Both the position numbers and the translations under genes were made by a program. A stretch of 64,000 bases of DNA from Octopus vulgaris (Eukaryota). Under the pieces are notes generated by a model, which saw only the letters and a list, made by a program, of their open reading frames with translations, did no database searches and had not been told where the DNA came from. The stretch is taken from positions 43,772,001 to 43,836,000 of the forward strand of contig OX597820.1 of the NCBI GenBank assembly GCA_951406725.2. The letters are read 5' to 3'. The stretch's first letter is position 1; every line of letters begins with the position of its first letter. This document shows, piece by piece, positions 1-14,051 of the stretch.

Positions 1-300
1 GAAACGTTGCAGTAGAACTCTCGATTGATTGTCTGGCCCTGGGGGTCGAATTCGCGATGCACAATACCATATTTTCGGGAGTGACGTTCGTATCAGGTTT
101 TTTAGCTCACTCATCGTTTCTCCAAGAAGTTCTTCCACTTTTGAAACGCTCTTGACACTCGAAACAACATTGTGTACAACCTATTACATCATCGCCCTAA
201 GCTTACCGAAGCATGTTCAATGTCTCTGTAGCAGACTTCCCAACCGCATGTTGACATCTGTCAACACAACTAGTCCTGGAACATTTTGATACACCTTGTA
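1..300 (-). mobile_element. Internally deleted mariner (DD34D-type) fossil, runs off window edge
   Basis: Minus strand starts TA-CAAGGTGTATCAAAATGTTCC (mariner-like TIR). It then translates to LGKSATETLNML..GDDVIG..RFKSGRTS (HTH) and jumps to IVHREFDPQGQTINREFYCNV (catalytic region), with stops present. Confidence 0.8.
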
Positions 301-874
301 CAAGATATTGTGGGACTACCCTATAAAGACTGGCCATAATATTGAAACAAGAAGACCACATATGACTATAGAGGACAAAATAAGATTTCCGTAAATATAA
401 ATATTAACAGGCGAAACCATTGGTACGTAGGTAATCGTTTTTATTTCGTATACTTTCATTTGCCTTGCTCCTTTTTACATTCTGGCGTTTTTCTTCAGAA
501 CACACTCCTCGTGGTAAGGCGATTTGACGTCTATATTTAGCATATTAGGTGTCCACCTTGGTGGTCATTCCTCTTAATTTTGTACGCAATATAATTTTTA
601 ATCTTCAGATTTTTTTTAAATATGCTAAGCCACTGGTTTTAATTGATTAATATCAATTTGTACCCTCATTATTTAATTTCTAAATAACAATGTTCTCTAA
701 CCGGCAAATTAGCTGCAGAAATTTATTAACTGCAGAGTTGTTTCCGGCCTCAGCGCGCCAAAATGAAGACACTTGAAAAATACCTCCAAATATTATTTTT
801 AAAACTTTATAATGCTCTCTTTCGGGTGAACGTCCTGTGTCTAGTTCTGGAAATCGTGTTTTGTAAGCGACAGA

Positions 875-955
875 CGGCTCTAATGAGCCTGCAGATATTT
901 ACATTCGTAAATATTAACAAGTGAAACCATTACTACGTAGGTAATCGTCTTAAAT
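875..955 (+). ncRNA. Degenerate hammerhead-ribozyme-like motif in a probable Penelope terminal repeat
   Basis: CTAATGAG-CCTG...CAAGT-GAAAC-CATTAC..GTAATC-GTC. A partial direct copy at ~397-470 has CAGGC-GAAAC, which restores the stem II pairing. Confidence 0.45.
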
Positions 956-1049
956 TTCATATATTTTCATTTGTCTTGCACATATATACATACTTACATA
1001 CATACACACACACACACACATGCATACATGTGTGTGTGTGTGAGTGTGA

Positions 1050-1200
1050 CAGTGCGGGATAGAAATTTGCTTCCAAACCACATAGATCTAGAATCCGCTC
1101 CATTGCGTGGAACCTTGAGTAAGTGTCTTCTATTACAGTATCGGGCCGACCAAAGCTTTTTGAGTGGATTTGGTGGACGGAAATTCAAGATGGATAGACA
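1050..1200 (+). mobile_element. SINE family A, degenerate 5' part
   Basis: Matches the family-A motif accttgggcaagtgtcttctactatagcctcgggccgaccaaagc seen in many copies in this window. Confidence 0.7.
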
Positions 1201-1224
1201 GATATAATATAAATAAATACATAT

Positions 1225-1270
<46 letters not shown>

Positions 1271-1309
1271 CACACAACCACACACACACACACTCATACA
1301 CACACTCAT

Positions 1310-1371
<62 letters not shown>

Positions 1372-1541
1372 GGAGGTTCTTTTCTCCCCTGTTTGAAAAC
1401 ATAAGTCCACCGAAGTATTGTATCACATGGCCAACTGGAAACGATGTTTCCTGGGGCTAAATAGCAGTACCATTCTTCCCTTTCCTGGGACTGCCACATT
1501 AAGTTGGAAACAAACCATCACTTTCATACATATGAATACGT

Positions 1542-1575
<34 letters not shown>

Positions 1576-2470
1576 TAATATAGTTTACACCCACTGAAAT
1601 AATACTGATCACAGCGATTGTAAGAATGCTATTTCGAAAAGTTTAATCTTGGTTACAAACATAATCATGTAAAACGGAATGCATTGTCTGAACGGATGCG
1701 GGGTCAGTGTATTTTGGCCTGAAAATAGCTTAATAATTGTCACAGACACAAATACGCCCACAGTATTCACACACACCTGCATACATACACGTACAAATAT
1801 ATTAACACATGCAGTTTTATATGCACCCAAATATTGGCGTGTAGATGCATACGCACATAGACTTAGACACACAGAGAAAAAAAGTTTTCGGCAAGAGTTT
1901 TGTGTTGAAATATTACAACTCATGTCAAATTACCATAATATATAAAGAAAATGTCAACGCTCCGGTTCCATGCCAGCCATTGTACTTCATAAAGATAATT
2001 GGTTTTATGCACTGTCTTTGCGGAACTTAGTGGACAGAAAAGGAACGAAGCTTTCATCAAGTAATTGTCTTTCAGTGCTGAAAGAGAGACCACTACCAAC
2101 ACCATATTGAAAATGACCAATGCAACGATGTGATTGCTATATATGCAAGCTACTTTCCAGGATTAGTTTTAAATATTAATGCAATGGACTGCAGATTAAT
2201 ACTTAGATACTGAGATATGAGGTTAAAATTAAGTGTCACCGATTTTCTTGGCAAAAGCAGAAATATTGCAATCATTTCTATTCTAAGAAAGTTCCAATCC
2301 ATTTGCAATCGGAATGCTGTATGTATTTCACAAGTTTTTAAAGATTAGTGTCATACATTGTGTACTGTGCCACCTAACTGAGATTGGCTAGATGCGCTTT
2401 CCTCCATGTCTACTAGTAATTAAATACAGATATGCACACACACACACACACACGCGAATGTTGGTATACG

Positions 2471-2672
<202 letters not shown>

Positions 2673-2793
2673 CGTATATATTTTCTGTCAAAGTATCTTT
2701 AAGATATATAGATATAAGGGTGTGCAAATGTATACTCGCTTGAATATGTTTATATGTGTGTGTATTTGTACGGGTTTTCGTGTCTGTGTACAC

Positions 2794-2869
<76 letters not shown>

Positions 2870-2877
2870 GTATGTAT

Positions 2878-3473
2878 GCAAGGTATGATGGAGAAATTGT
2901 TGCCATTTCATATTTTTTATTTCGTGCATGAGCATTGTTTATTTTTGATTTTGTCGACTACACAGTATAGTAGGATCAGTTGGACACAGTCTGTGTGAAA
3001 AACAACACCATAAGGTAATTCACTCTGCTAGAAATTTGGAAACAGCATGCTGTACTGCTTGGCATTGTGGTGTCAATCTGAGGACAGTGCAGAGGATTCG
3101 GAAAGAGTTGGGTGAGTCTAATGGTCATTACGAAGGTACGGCAGCTCGGAAAGCTCACTCTGATCGTGCTGAGAAGAAATGAACTCCTGAATTTGTTGGT
3201 GAGATCCAGGCTATGATTTTCAAAGATCCCTCCATGTCAATTAGGTCCATCGCCAGAGACATGGGAGAGTCTGATATTCTTATCAGGCAAGTAGTGCATG
3301 AGGACATTCGGCATTCCTCATACAAGATGTGAAATGGCCAATTTTTATCCCAAGCCATCAAGGACAAAAAAAAAAGACCGCGTTACGAAGCTTTTGAACA
3401 AAATCAAGCATCCCCTCCAACCGAAAACGCTTTGGTTTTTCTCAGACGAGAAAGATTTCTGCCAGGATCAGAT
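2878..3473 (+). mobile_element. Tc1/mariner-superfamily (maT/DD37D-like) transposase fossil, 3'-truncated
   Basis: Translates to VNLRTVQRIRKEL..TPEFVGEIQAMIFKDPSMSIRSIARDMG..LLNKIKHPLQPKTLWFFSDEKDFCQDQ, with in-frame stops. Confidence 0.8.
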
Positions 3474-4430
3474 GTCGGAAACATTGCCAGGGAGCAAATC
3501 ATTGTCTTCGAGGAACGCCATCAGTTTTCTGTGACAATGCGTTGACTTTGATGTTATAGGAGGTGAGAGAGACTGGTCTATAATTTTCGGCACCCGCTCT
3601 CCTACCTCTCTTATGGGTATGACATATTGTGCCCAACTTTAACTTTCTGGGAAGTCTTTCAATTGCAAGAAAGCTCTGGAAGAGGATCTGTAATGGTCCT
3701 GCTGGAGCCCCCTAGCATTTCTTTAGGATTGCTAGAATCCATCAGGGCATGTGGCTGAGTTTGAGCCCATTTAAACAATAGCTGTATTGTATTTCTATAT
3801 CATTATTTTCTATATCAGCTTCCTGTATTTCTATATCATTATTAATTGCAATCTCTTTTTGTAGTGCTGTGGTACTGAAGATCTCATCAGACATAGGTAT
3901 TCGTAAGTGTCCCAACGGAGTTGTAAGACCATTCCTGTATTTCACATTCAGTACTTCACTTATCCTCAGGGAGTCTGCAGCCGGTGAGACATTTTTGTCG
4001 AGTAACAGCCATAAATTGTACCGTACTGAAGCAGGCTCTTTCGCAAATTTATAGAAATCTTTAGGATTTGCCTTTATGTTTTTGATGGTCCTGTCTTCTT
4101 TCTCTGGTCTCTCCTTTTCACGGGAGTGCTTGACTTCATTTTCTATCTCGTTTGAGATTCTTGCTCATCATCTCATTAGAGCCCTCTTATAACTGGAAAT
4201 TATAATTTTCTGTTGGTTTTTTTTTTAATTCTCTATGAAGCAAACTTACTGGATGTGTTATACATGATTGCCATAAAGTGTTGTAGCTTTATGTCAAAAT
4301 CTTGAGCAGAGAGGCTAGTAGACCAGTTTTGTTCCTTCACATACGTTCTCAATACCCTTCCAATCAGCCTTATGAAAATTCAGGCTGGAAAGGAATTGAG
4401 TGCTTCTAGTAGCCTGCATTTCTGCAATTT
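3474..4430 (-). mobile_element. CR1-type LINE ORF2 fragment (RT N-terminal)
   Basis: Minus strand gives AENYRPVSLTSY and KLMAFLEDNDLLPGN, with frameshifts. Confidence 0.75.
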
Positions 4431-4739
4431 TCTGCGGACCATACATTTTAGTTCTATTAAGTTATGGTCTGGATATGTATGTATGCATATATGCATATAT
4501 GAATGGATGTATATATGTGAAGAATAGGATCAAATTTCCTTTCCGAGCCGAGACTCATAAGGCCGGTTTTCACTTTCTTTCTCAGGAGGTTCTGTTTGAA
4601 TGTGAGCTCTATAATCTCGTTCTTCTCCAAAAGTTCAAAATGATTTATATCTACATTTTAAGTATACAGAAGTATATCGTATTTTCGTGTATTTGTGTGA
4701 GATTGTGGATATTTGTTTTTAGTTGTTGCATTTCTTTCC

Positions 4740-5030
4740 CGGCTTCGTCATCTAGAATAAAGAGCCAGTACTGTAACATTTTGGGTTTCAAGGTCTACAA
4801 TCAGTCAATATTCTTTCAAAACAGCCTCAGAGATTTGCGGCATATAGATGTAAAGGTTTTCAAAGAACATCTGGACAAATTTTTATCTGAGATACCAGAT
4901 GAACCCACACTGCTAGAGGAGGCACAAATAAGTGCAGCTCTGTCCGACTCGTTACTTACCCAGACACAATACAGAAAAGAAACCAAATCACAATGAAAAA
5001 CAGTGGCCCAACATGACCTCAGCCTCTGGC
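4740..5030 (+). mobile_element. CR1-type LINE ORF2 C-terminus and 3' end
   Basis: End of ORF 4400..4996: LRDLRHIDVKVFKEHLDKFLSEIPDEPT, a typical CR1/L2 ORF2 terminus. Confidence 0.7.
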
Positions 5031-5794
5031 TAAAACTAAAAAACCTAAATCTAAACTAAATTGAGCCAGAAGATTCGCATTTTCGGCAGGAAAAACAATA
5101 TTTAACTGGTTGCTATTTCTTTGTTTCCAAAAAAATATATAAAATATTGACGTCGCAAGCATTTGAACCCAAAATAAAGGTGGTTGTAACTGAATACCGC
5201 ATGACATTTTGTCAGACACTCTACTGACTCTAATATTTTCTACTCTCAGTTAAGCATTGATTCTAATTGAAAAATTCTCAATGAATAGCCTGCCTAGTAT
5301 ATAGTAATTAGGCTTTCACTACGAATATAACTATTTAAATTCAGTATCTTTCTTCACAGCGGTGAAATACACATCTGTACCAATCATATGGCTGGAGCAA
5401 CATTTTAGATCCCCGTTGTGAATTGACCTTATTATACATATATACTACATATGTATATATAAAGCTATAAGCATGTAGATGTATCTTTGATTCGGAATTG
5501 ATTGTACAAATATCAATGAATTATCAGTATATACGTGTGTATGCACATATATATATATATACATACATACATACATACATACACACATATATATATATAT
5601 CATTATCAGAAACTTTAAAACTTTCTTTGGTTTTTATAATAACAACTCACTCAGAGAGGAGAGAACAATAAATCTTTCCAAAAAGAATAATAACACAAAA
5701 GCGAAAGAAAAATAGCAACAATATCAACAATGAAAGTAAGGAAAAGAGAATAAAAAAAAAAAAACTTTAATTATGTTGTCGCTGTCAGATCACA

Positions 5795-5995
5795 AGACAT
5801 GAAGATCATGAGATACGCCAAAGGGGTTGTTCAACCTTTATGGAGGATTACTTTACTACGCTGGCTTGATAAAAAAAATGAGGACATTACCGCAGAGTAT
5901 CTTGAGGCATCTAATTAGCAACATAGATCTAATGCTCGCGAGAGCACTACTCGGATTTATACAAGCCTGGAGCTTTTGCAGAAGAGTAAACGTTT
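5795..5995 (+). mobile_element. Possible highly decayed RTE LINE fragment
   Basis: MKIMRYAKG..LDKKNEDITA resembles the RTE motif MKMLRW..G..RLDRIRNEDIR. Confidence 0.3.
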
Positions 5996-6149
5996 ACGTT
6001 TTTGATTTCACTAGTATGGTCAGAAATCATATAACATACTAAAATGTTTTACAAAAGTTTCGAATATGCTACTCAGCATGTTATCACTGCAGAATTATAA
6101 ATTATTCTGCGATTATATTATTTTTGAATCAGACGAGTACAAGGTATGT

Positions 6150-7450
6150 CTTTGGTGAAGTTGCGCTAAACATAAAAGATACCGTGTTAGCTGAGTTGAT
6201 AGGCTGAGAGTGGACTTGATACATACTGTCTAACGTCTCTTCCATTTTCAAGGCAGTATCGAGTGATGTGAGGTAGATTTGCAGCTAAATTTATAATGTC
6301 GATATGTCGCGTTTCCTCGATTCAACACGTCTCTCCTGCGGCGGCAAGAGTTTAAAATTCTCAAACACTCGGTTTACCTATTTGTAAACCGATAAAATGC
6401 AATGGTATAGCTCTTTGCTGTAGCAGCCCTATCTTTGTAAAATGAAGACCGCTTATATTACTGGGCAGAGCTAACATCAATTGCCTCTTTAAACCTCGTC
6501 AATATTATAAACTTTCAAAGCAGAATGTTACGTTATCTAATTGATTTAGTACAAGGACGATGAAATTGGATTATATACAAAGATATCAGTGTATTAATGA
6601 ACGAGGGATACAATCAATAAAATCCACAAATAACTTCATCCTTAGATGACAGTCAAAGTTCGTGGCATCTTTATTTCAGATGGGTTCTTGCATCAGCTAA
6701 ACTGATTCTACAGCAATTAAAACTGCGGTTAGAGATAATACTATAGAGTTGATCTGTGATAACATATATCTCTATCAGGTGATATATCTTTAGGCCGTCT
6801 CTAATCAGCGGCATCATCCCTAATATCCCTTATTCTCCATAGAAACGTGCTTGTAGACATTATGATCGTAGAAGGATAATGGCGATACAAAGATATAAGA
6901 TAACAGCGGTTATCTCTCTTGGCAACCTTCATCCTGACCGCGACTTGTTCTAAATGATTTCGCACACGTAAAGGAGGGTAAAGTGACATACTACAGTCGA
7001 GAAATTTAATTCTTGCCTAGCTCCTAAACTAGTTGTAAAATGGAATCACGTAGAAGTTGTAAAATTCTATCTTGTAGTAGTTGTTGCTATAACCAGGAGC
7101 CCTCATTAAGTTTCAAATTGCATTAGCAGTTTCAAATTGTGTCATTTTGCACGAATGCTTCTACTTGATGAATATGTCTTTTATATCTGGAAACTTGCAA
7201 TCAGAGTAGGTTGCTGCCTGTTATTATTCTCAATATCCATAAATGTATATTCTATAGCATGAAGTGTACGCTATTTCTTTGAATAAAAGCCATGTGTAAA
7301 CAATGTTTATTTAGACAGTATATTGCTTCGACTTGGCTATATATTTATCAAGGTGTCTTTCAGGTTTTTCTTCAGTCTCACCTTGATATCATGGTCATGA
7401 AACTAAAACTCCGATGCTATGATATAAACAGAAAAGTATTTATCATGCTT
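6150..7450 (-). mobile_element. Ancient Jockey/L2-like LINE RT fossil
   Basis: Minus-strand traces CNLKLNEAPGYS (KAPGPD-like) near 7100 and SNRSF (LSNRS-like) near 6730. Heavily decayed. Confidence 0.4.
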
Positions 7451-8058
7451 GCCAATTCTCATCTTGCACATCATGCAAATCTGTGTGTTATTTTAAAGGT
7501 GAATTTTTGGTAAGCTAGTAGAATTAGTGAGACTAGCATATTTATATGAATGGTAGCCTTATCCAGATAAGAATCTTCGATAGTAATTCATTATGGTTCA
7601 TTAAAACTGCAGATTGTGCTATACAGAAGGTATATTAATACTGAAACAAAATATTTCTATAATGTACACCATTTACTAGGAGACAAAAAATTTCCTTATC
7701 TGATGACACTGCTGTAGGAGCAAGGGAAATAACGCTATAGTTAAATTGTTCAATTTATGTATATAAATGTACATATATATGTATATATATACATATATAT
7801 ATATGTATATATACACAAATATATATATACATATATACATATATATGTATATGAGTGTGTGTGTGTGCGTGCGCGTGTGGGTGTTTATTTTTATGCTATA
7901 ATAGAAACAATATTACATTAAACTAAAGAATCAATCAACATATATGTTACAGCATATATTTATTATTCTTCAAGAAGAAAAGTATTGATAGTGACTTCGA
8001 AGTTAGCTAATAAATGATTGACAGGCCGACAGTTCGAACACACTGTCATATATGTGTG

Positions 8059-8170
<112 letters not shown>

Positions 8171-8439
8171 AATCATTGGTAGTGTGGGGGTGTAATAACA
8201 ATCCGTAGTTATTGCCTCTCTTTCTATATATATATATACATAGTTCCTTATATAGAAATACAAAATTTACACACATCTTAATCTGCGTTGGATTTAAACC
8301 ATTGTCTGATGAGATAGGTATTGTTCACCTGTAAAATGATGTAATTCTAGAAAATTCTTTATATTCATATTTGTTAGCGGGACCCTTGGAAGTTTCTTGG
8401 TGTTACCATATCTATCTATCTATTTATCTATCTAGCTAT

Positions 8440-9185
8440 CTGAAGAGATACAACGGTATCTCATGACTATTAATTATTGTGACTACTAGCGTAAAGCAGC
8501 AACTATAGTACAACGTTCGTCAAGCATCACACCAGTTGGAGGAACCCACTTTATAACAGTGGTAATGAGGAAAAACAAATTTACAGAGTGAAAAACAAAA
8601 CTATCATACAGTGAGTTCAAGCTAATTCCCGTGGAAAATTAAATACCTCAACAAAAAAGAAACAAAATCTTGTGCAAACTTTAGAAAATCATAAAATACG
8701 GAAGACTTATTAGCTGGGGTAGTTGAGTTGCATAAACAGCAACAACAGCTCCGGGAACAACGAGAACAACAACAAGGATTGCAGCAGCAAATGTTACACC
8801 AAATAAAGTTGATAACCAAACCGGAGAATACATTTTCGCCTGACCATGTAGCAAATTCCATAGGCGAATTCAAATATGATCCCAAAGAATAAGTAACCTT
8901 CGGGAATTACTCTCGAAGATTTGAACTAAGTTTGAAAAAAAATCATAAGACTGGACGGACGAAATGAATACGCGTCTCGTTTTACGAAAACTAGCGGCTG
9001 TAGTACATGTGAAATAGAGTAGGTTCGTATTGCCAAAAAAAAAAGCGTCCGACATAAATTTCACGGACACAGTTGATATTTTATGCAAAATGTTTAATGG
9101 AAAGAGCACACTGTTTAATACCAGATGGAAATAATTAAACAGAAAAGAACGAAGATGAAAACTTCACTACTTATAGAGGCATATT
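8440..9185 (+). mobile_element. Gypsy (Mag-like) LTR retrotransposon relic: LTR end, PBS and gag
   Basis: ...ATAACA-GTGGTAATGAGG (decayed TGGCGACGAGG PBS) at ~8553-8570. It is followed by a Q-rich stretch and FSPDHVANSIGEFKYDP..WTDEM..LRKL..FVLPKK..INFTDTVDILCKMFNGKSTLFNTRW. Confidence 0.75.
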
Positions 9186-11723
9186 GATAAAAACATATTG
9201 ATAAAGAGCGAATCTTGGGTGGAACACATTGAACATATTTTTTCCGAGAAACATTCAAGCGAGCAAGCTGCATTCTTTGGAAAGAAATATGCCATGCTAC
9301 CAAACGAGATATCACCCAGTCAAAATGTACACGAATGAAAATACTCGTACGAAGAATACAGTAATGTTTTTTCCGTGAAGAGACCATGAACGACAAGAAA
9401 CACGACCAAGACGAACACAACAATATCAAACTGACACCACTGCACAGGCAAAAGGCAACCACTTATGATCTCACAAAACCAAGTGAGAAATATAAAATAC
9501 TAAAATATATTTATGACAGAACGATACCGACTCGAGTTGTAGAATACCTGCAGACCTGATGCCATCCGCGATCGATGAAATTTCGAGAACAAGTTGCTCA
9601 TATTCAAGCTCCCAGTTTTTAGATAATAAATTTCCTGCTATATTATACCGCGGTAACCGTACCCCAACAGTTCCAAAGAATGATAATGAGCTAAAATAGA
9701 TTACCACCACCTCCAAAATGACATCAACGACCTCTGGAAAAAATATAGGAAAACTGAACACTGTCAACAAATGCAAACCTAAAATTGAATTCACGAATCA
9801 CCAGCTACGTCTGCATGATAAATGCTTCTAACTGTATGGGAATTGCCGCCGAGAAAGTGTCAGAAGCAAACTGATCACCGTAAAACACGATTTCCGAACG
9901 GTAAGTGAAAAACTTCGTTAATATAAAAAAAAAATGCATGTACGAAAAATGATAAACTGCAAATTTGCTCGAAATCCAGAGGCTGCATGTCGCAGTATGA
10001 AAGGCGATACCATAGAGGCAGTAAATGTTATTCCCGAGGAACACCTAGAGTAATTGTTGCTGAGAATCTAGAACGTAAGCGAAGAACAGAATCGCAATGC
10101 AGAAAGGTTAAACGGACTATGAAGTGAGCATTGTGTAACCGCCTCTCCAAAAATGTATAATAACACCATTTAAACATTCCAGGCGGGTATTATGAAACTG
10201 CCGAACAGAAAATCACCAGAAAACGACCTGGTAGTAGGTTACCGATTCTGAAAAGCTCACGTTCTACAGGGAAATTCTCACAACTCTCTTTAAAATAACA
10301 ATGAGCTAGATATATCAGATTGGTTGACGGTTACACATACTATTCTTATCCCCATGAAGAAAGAGAACCATGCAGCCAAAGGCTATAGGCCCATAACATT
10401 CCTGAATATTATTTACAAACTATATACAGGTTGTCTGAATTTTTTTCTTGAAGGCCACTATCAAATAAATAATGCGATAACTGATGAACAGTCAGGAGGA
10501 ACGAAAGGAGCTCTGAGCCGTACTGAACAGATCTTCCTCAACAGAGTGGTTCTCAAGGAAGCCAAGCATCATTGTTGTAAACTCTTAAAGATATGGCTGG
10601 ACTACGAGAAGGAGTCCGATTCTGTGTCTCACTCGTGTGTTATAGAATCACTACACCTTCCTAAAGTACGAACTGCTATAGGGAACGTCATTGAGAGAAT
10701 GACCACAACCTGGTCTACGCAGTTATCCCCGACAACTACTAAAGTAACACCTATTGTTACAAAGAGAATTAAGTTATCAACAGGGATATTCCCGGGTGAT
10801 AGTTTATTTGTAATGTTGTTTGTACAGGCAGTGGACCCCCTCGTCAACCTTTTTAACAAAATGCCATCGCTACTCGCTAGGATATGCAGAAAATAATAAC
10901 ATAAATGTCACCCACATATTTTTTGTTGATGACCTAAAGTTATATTCTGATAACATGATCAATATCAAAGAACAATTAGAACTAATTACTTTTTCACGAG
11001 ACATAAGAATGGAGGCTGGGAAAGATAAATGCTTATTGATGATAATCAACTGACAGAAGATTTTCGACCAGATAGAGAACACGTATATAAATGACTTGTC
11101 AATCTCCCCTATGTCTAATGAGGAAAATAGCAAGTATCTCGGAATTGGTGAGAATATTGCATACGTTGTTGCTATGACTAAAGTCAGAATTACGAAAAGT
11201 TACCTCTGCGGACTACGGAAGTATGGCACTCAGCGCTGTCTGCATTTAACAATACTGTATCTCACAATGCCTTTGTAGTGTCAGTGCTAGTACTAGCATT
11301 TTGGACTGACAAGATCCGCAACCTCTGGATATCAAAACTAGAAAGATCTATGTGAGATTTGATCTATGTGCGATGAAATGATGGCGGTAGAGGTGTAAGG
11401 TCAGATCCAACAGCCTTTGAATGTTGCATTGTTGCACTCAGACAACACCTGCTGAACAGTAAAGAACGAAACGAACACAAACCATGCCTAATCAAAGGTG
11501 GGAGCAACAACATCTTCCGAACTAGAGAACTACTATACAGGTACTCTGAGAATACAATCGTCTCAAGCAATCCAAAAGAGGCTAGACTGGCCTGTCTAAA
11601 CAAAAACTTGGAGGAAAAGCGGGCATAATATCTGCAAAAAGCAATGCATAGGTACTTATCCCTAAGCTAGAGAATAACAATAACATTAGCAGAAGGAGTA
11701 GCCTCTCCTTGACCAGTGATAGA

Positions 11724-12990
11724 TACGAGGGTCGGCTGAAAAGTTCATATGTTGACTGAGATACTTTCATGGAATATGATCAAATAAGGTTTATTTTTCA
11801 ACATAGAACTCCTTGCGGTCCACACACTTCTATCAGTGTTGCAGTACTTGAAATTAATTAGTGAAGAAGCGTTCATGTTGTTGGTCTAAAAGTCATCAAC
11901 AGCAGATATGATGTCATCAGCTTTGCGATATTGGTTCCCAACCAAGTGTTGTTTCAGGTTCGAAAATAGTTCATAGATGGACTCAAATCATGAGGATACG
12001 GACAATTTAAAGCCAGTCATGCACAGTCATGCACAGCAACCATTGAAACCAAGAACTTGTCAGTTGGAGCATTGTCCTTATGAACCAAGTCAGTTTTCCT
12101 GAGTATTTGCTTCTGATAGCCTTTTTTTAATTGCCTCAGCAAGTTAACATATTTCTCTCCATTGATGATGTAGCCCTTTTCAAGATATTCAATAAACACA
12201 ATGCCTTTTGCATTCCAGAAAACTGACACCATCACTTTCCCTGCAGATCAAAGGACCTTGACCTTCTTTGGAGCAGGTCACAGTGAATGTATCCACCGCA
12301 TGAGTTATCTCTTTGTTTCTGGCTCAAAGTGATGGACCCAACATTCATCCTCGGTTAAGAAAAGTTCAAGGAAACCAGATGATTCTGACTCAAAGAATGT
12401 CAGATTTTCCAATGATGCGATCAATCTGGTACCTTTTGATCGCGGTGTCAGAATATGTGCCACCCTCCAATCAGAAACCTTTATCATTCCAAGTTCCTTG
12501 TGCAGAATATTCTCAACTTTCGCACTGAATATGTGAGTAGCATCGGCTATTTAATTTATAGTCAATCGCCTCTCACCTATCGCCATGTAGTGAACATGAT
12601 CAATATTTTCTTCGGTAGTGGCAGTTGCAGAACGTCCAGACCTCGGGTCATTTTCAAAACTCTCCCTTCCCCTTCTAGATCCAGCTGTCAACTTTTGCAC
12701 TAAGGATCAAGTTGGGGCGCCATCTCCTAATGTAGCAACCAAGTCAGCATGTTTGTTGTTGGGGGCTAAACACTTTTTCTGCAGGTACTTATTACATGGC
12801 GATGCCAAATTTTATCCATTTTGAAGAGAAATGGCTACTAGTTACATTCGAAGTCGTCATTAAACTTTCAGATGTCAGTTTTACTTGAAAATAAACAATG
12901 CAATCATTAGAAATTATTGCATGCAAGATTACACAGCTTTAGCATCATCCCTTCCTAGTGAGGATAGGAACTTTTCAGACCACCTTTTTA
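11724..12990 (-). mobile_element. Full-length defective mariner element with TIRs and TA target duplication
   Basis: Left TA-CGAGGGTCGGCTGAAAAGTTC and right GAACTTTTCAGACCACCTTTT-TA. Transposase pieces TEDECWVHHFEPETKR and MVSVFWNAKGIVFIEYLEKG. Confidence 0.9.
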
Positions 12991-13407
12991 TATTACATCC
13001 CACCTTGTTGGATACGCCTTCGATATCCAGATTAGGTAATAGATGCTAAAGACCTGATATACAAGGCTTACCCAGACGTAAAGGAAGGTCAAAATCAGCA
13101 TGAATTCACACCTTTAAAAACAAGGAATACGGGTAGAACACTCCAATAAAAGCATCAGTTCGGTGCAAACATAAGAGGCCTGATATTGTTCTGTGGGACA
13201 GGAAACAAAAGTCATGCACTGTTGTAGATGCTTGCTGCCCAACGGATGTGAATTTACCATCAAAATTGCGGAAACAAGGGAACACTTACGGTGAATTAAT
13301 GCCGATCTTACAGTACTTGTACACTGATTATACCTTCTCATTTGTACCTACCATCTTAGATGCATTAGGCTATGTACCTACAAATTGAAGCAAAAACTAG
13401 AAATACT

Positions 13408-14051
13408 CTCTTTTTTCTCTTTACTCTCTTTTACTTGTTTCAATCATTTGACTGCGGTCATGCTGGAGCACCGCCTTTAGTCGAGCAAATCGACCCCAGA
13501 ACTTATTCTTTGTAAGCCTAGTACTTATTCTATCGGTTTCTTTTGCCGAACCGCTAAGTTACTGGGGCGTAAACACACCAGCATCGCTTGTCAAGCAGAC
13601 ACACAAACATATACACACAGGTACATATATATATATATAGAGGCTTCTTTCAGTTTCTGTCTCACAAAGCTTTGGTCGGCCCGAGGCTTTGGTCGGCCCG
13701 AAGCTATAGTAGAAGACACTTACCCAAGGTGCCACGCAGTGGGAATGAACCCGGAACAATGTGGTTAGTAAGCAAGCTACTTATTTCTTCATTGCCCACA
13801 AGGGGCCGAACATAGAGGGGAAAAACAAGGACAACGAAGGGATTAAGTCGATTACATCGACCCCAGTGCGTAACTGGCACTTAATTTATCGACCCCGAAA
13901 GGATGAAAGGCAAAGTAGAATTCGGCGGAATTTGAACTCAGAACGTAACGGCAGACGAAATATCGCTAAGCATTTCGCCCGGCATTCTAACGTTTCTGCC
14001 AGCTTGCTGTGTGGTAAGCAAACTACTTACCACACAGCCACTCCTGTGCCT
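13408..14051 (-). mobile_element. SINE family A (tRNA-like head, internal microsatellite) carrying a nested family-B SINE
   Basis: Minus-strand head AGGCACAGGAGTGGCTGTGTGGTAAG with B-box GGTTCATTCCC. Body shared with many other copies in the window. Confidence 0.85.
13780..14005 (-). mobile_element. SINE family B nested in family A
   Basis: Contains GCTGGCAGAAACGTTAG..GAGTTCAAATTCCGCC..GCCTTTCATCCTTTCGGGGTCGATAAATTAAG. Flanked by a duplicated gtaagcaa(g/a)ctactta. Confidence 0.85.
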
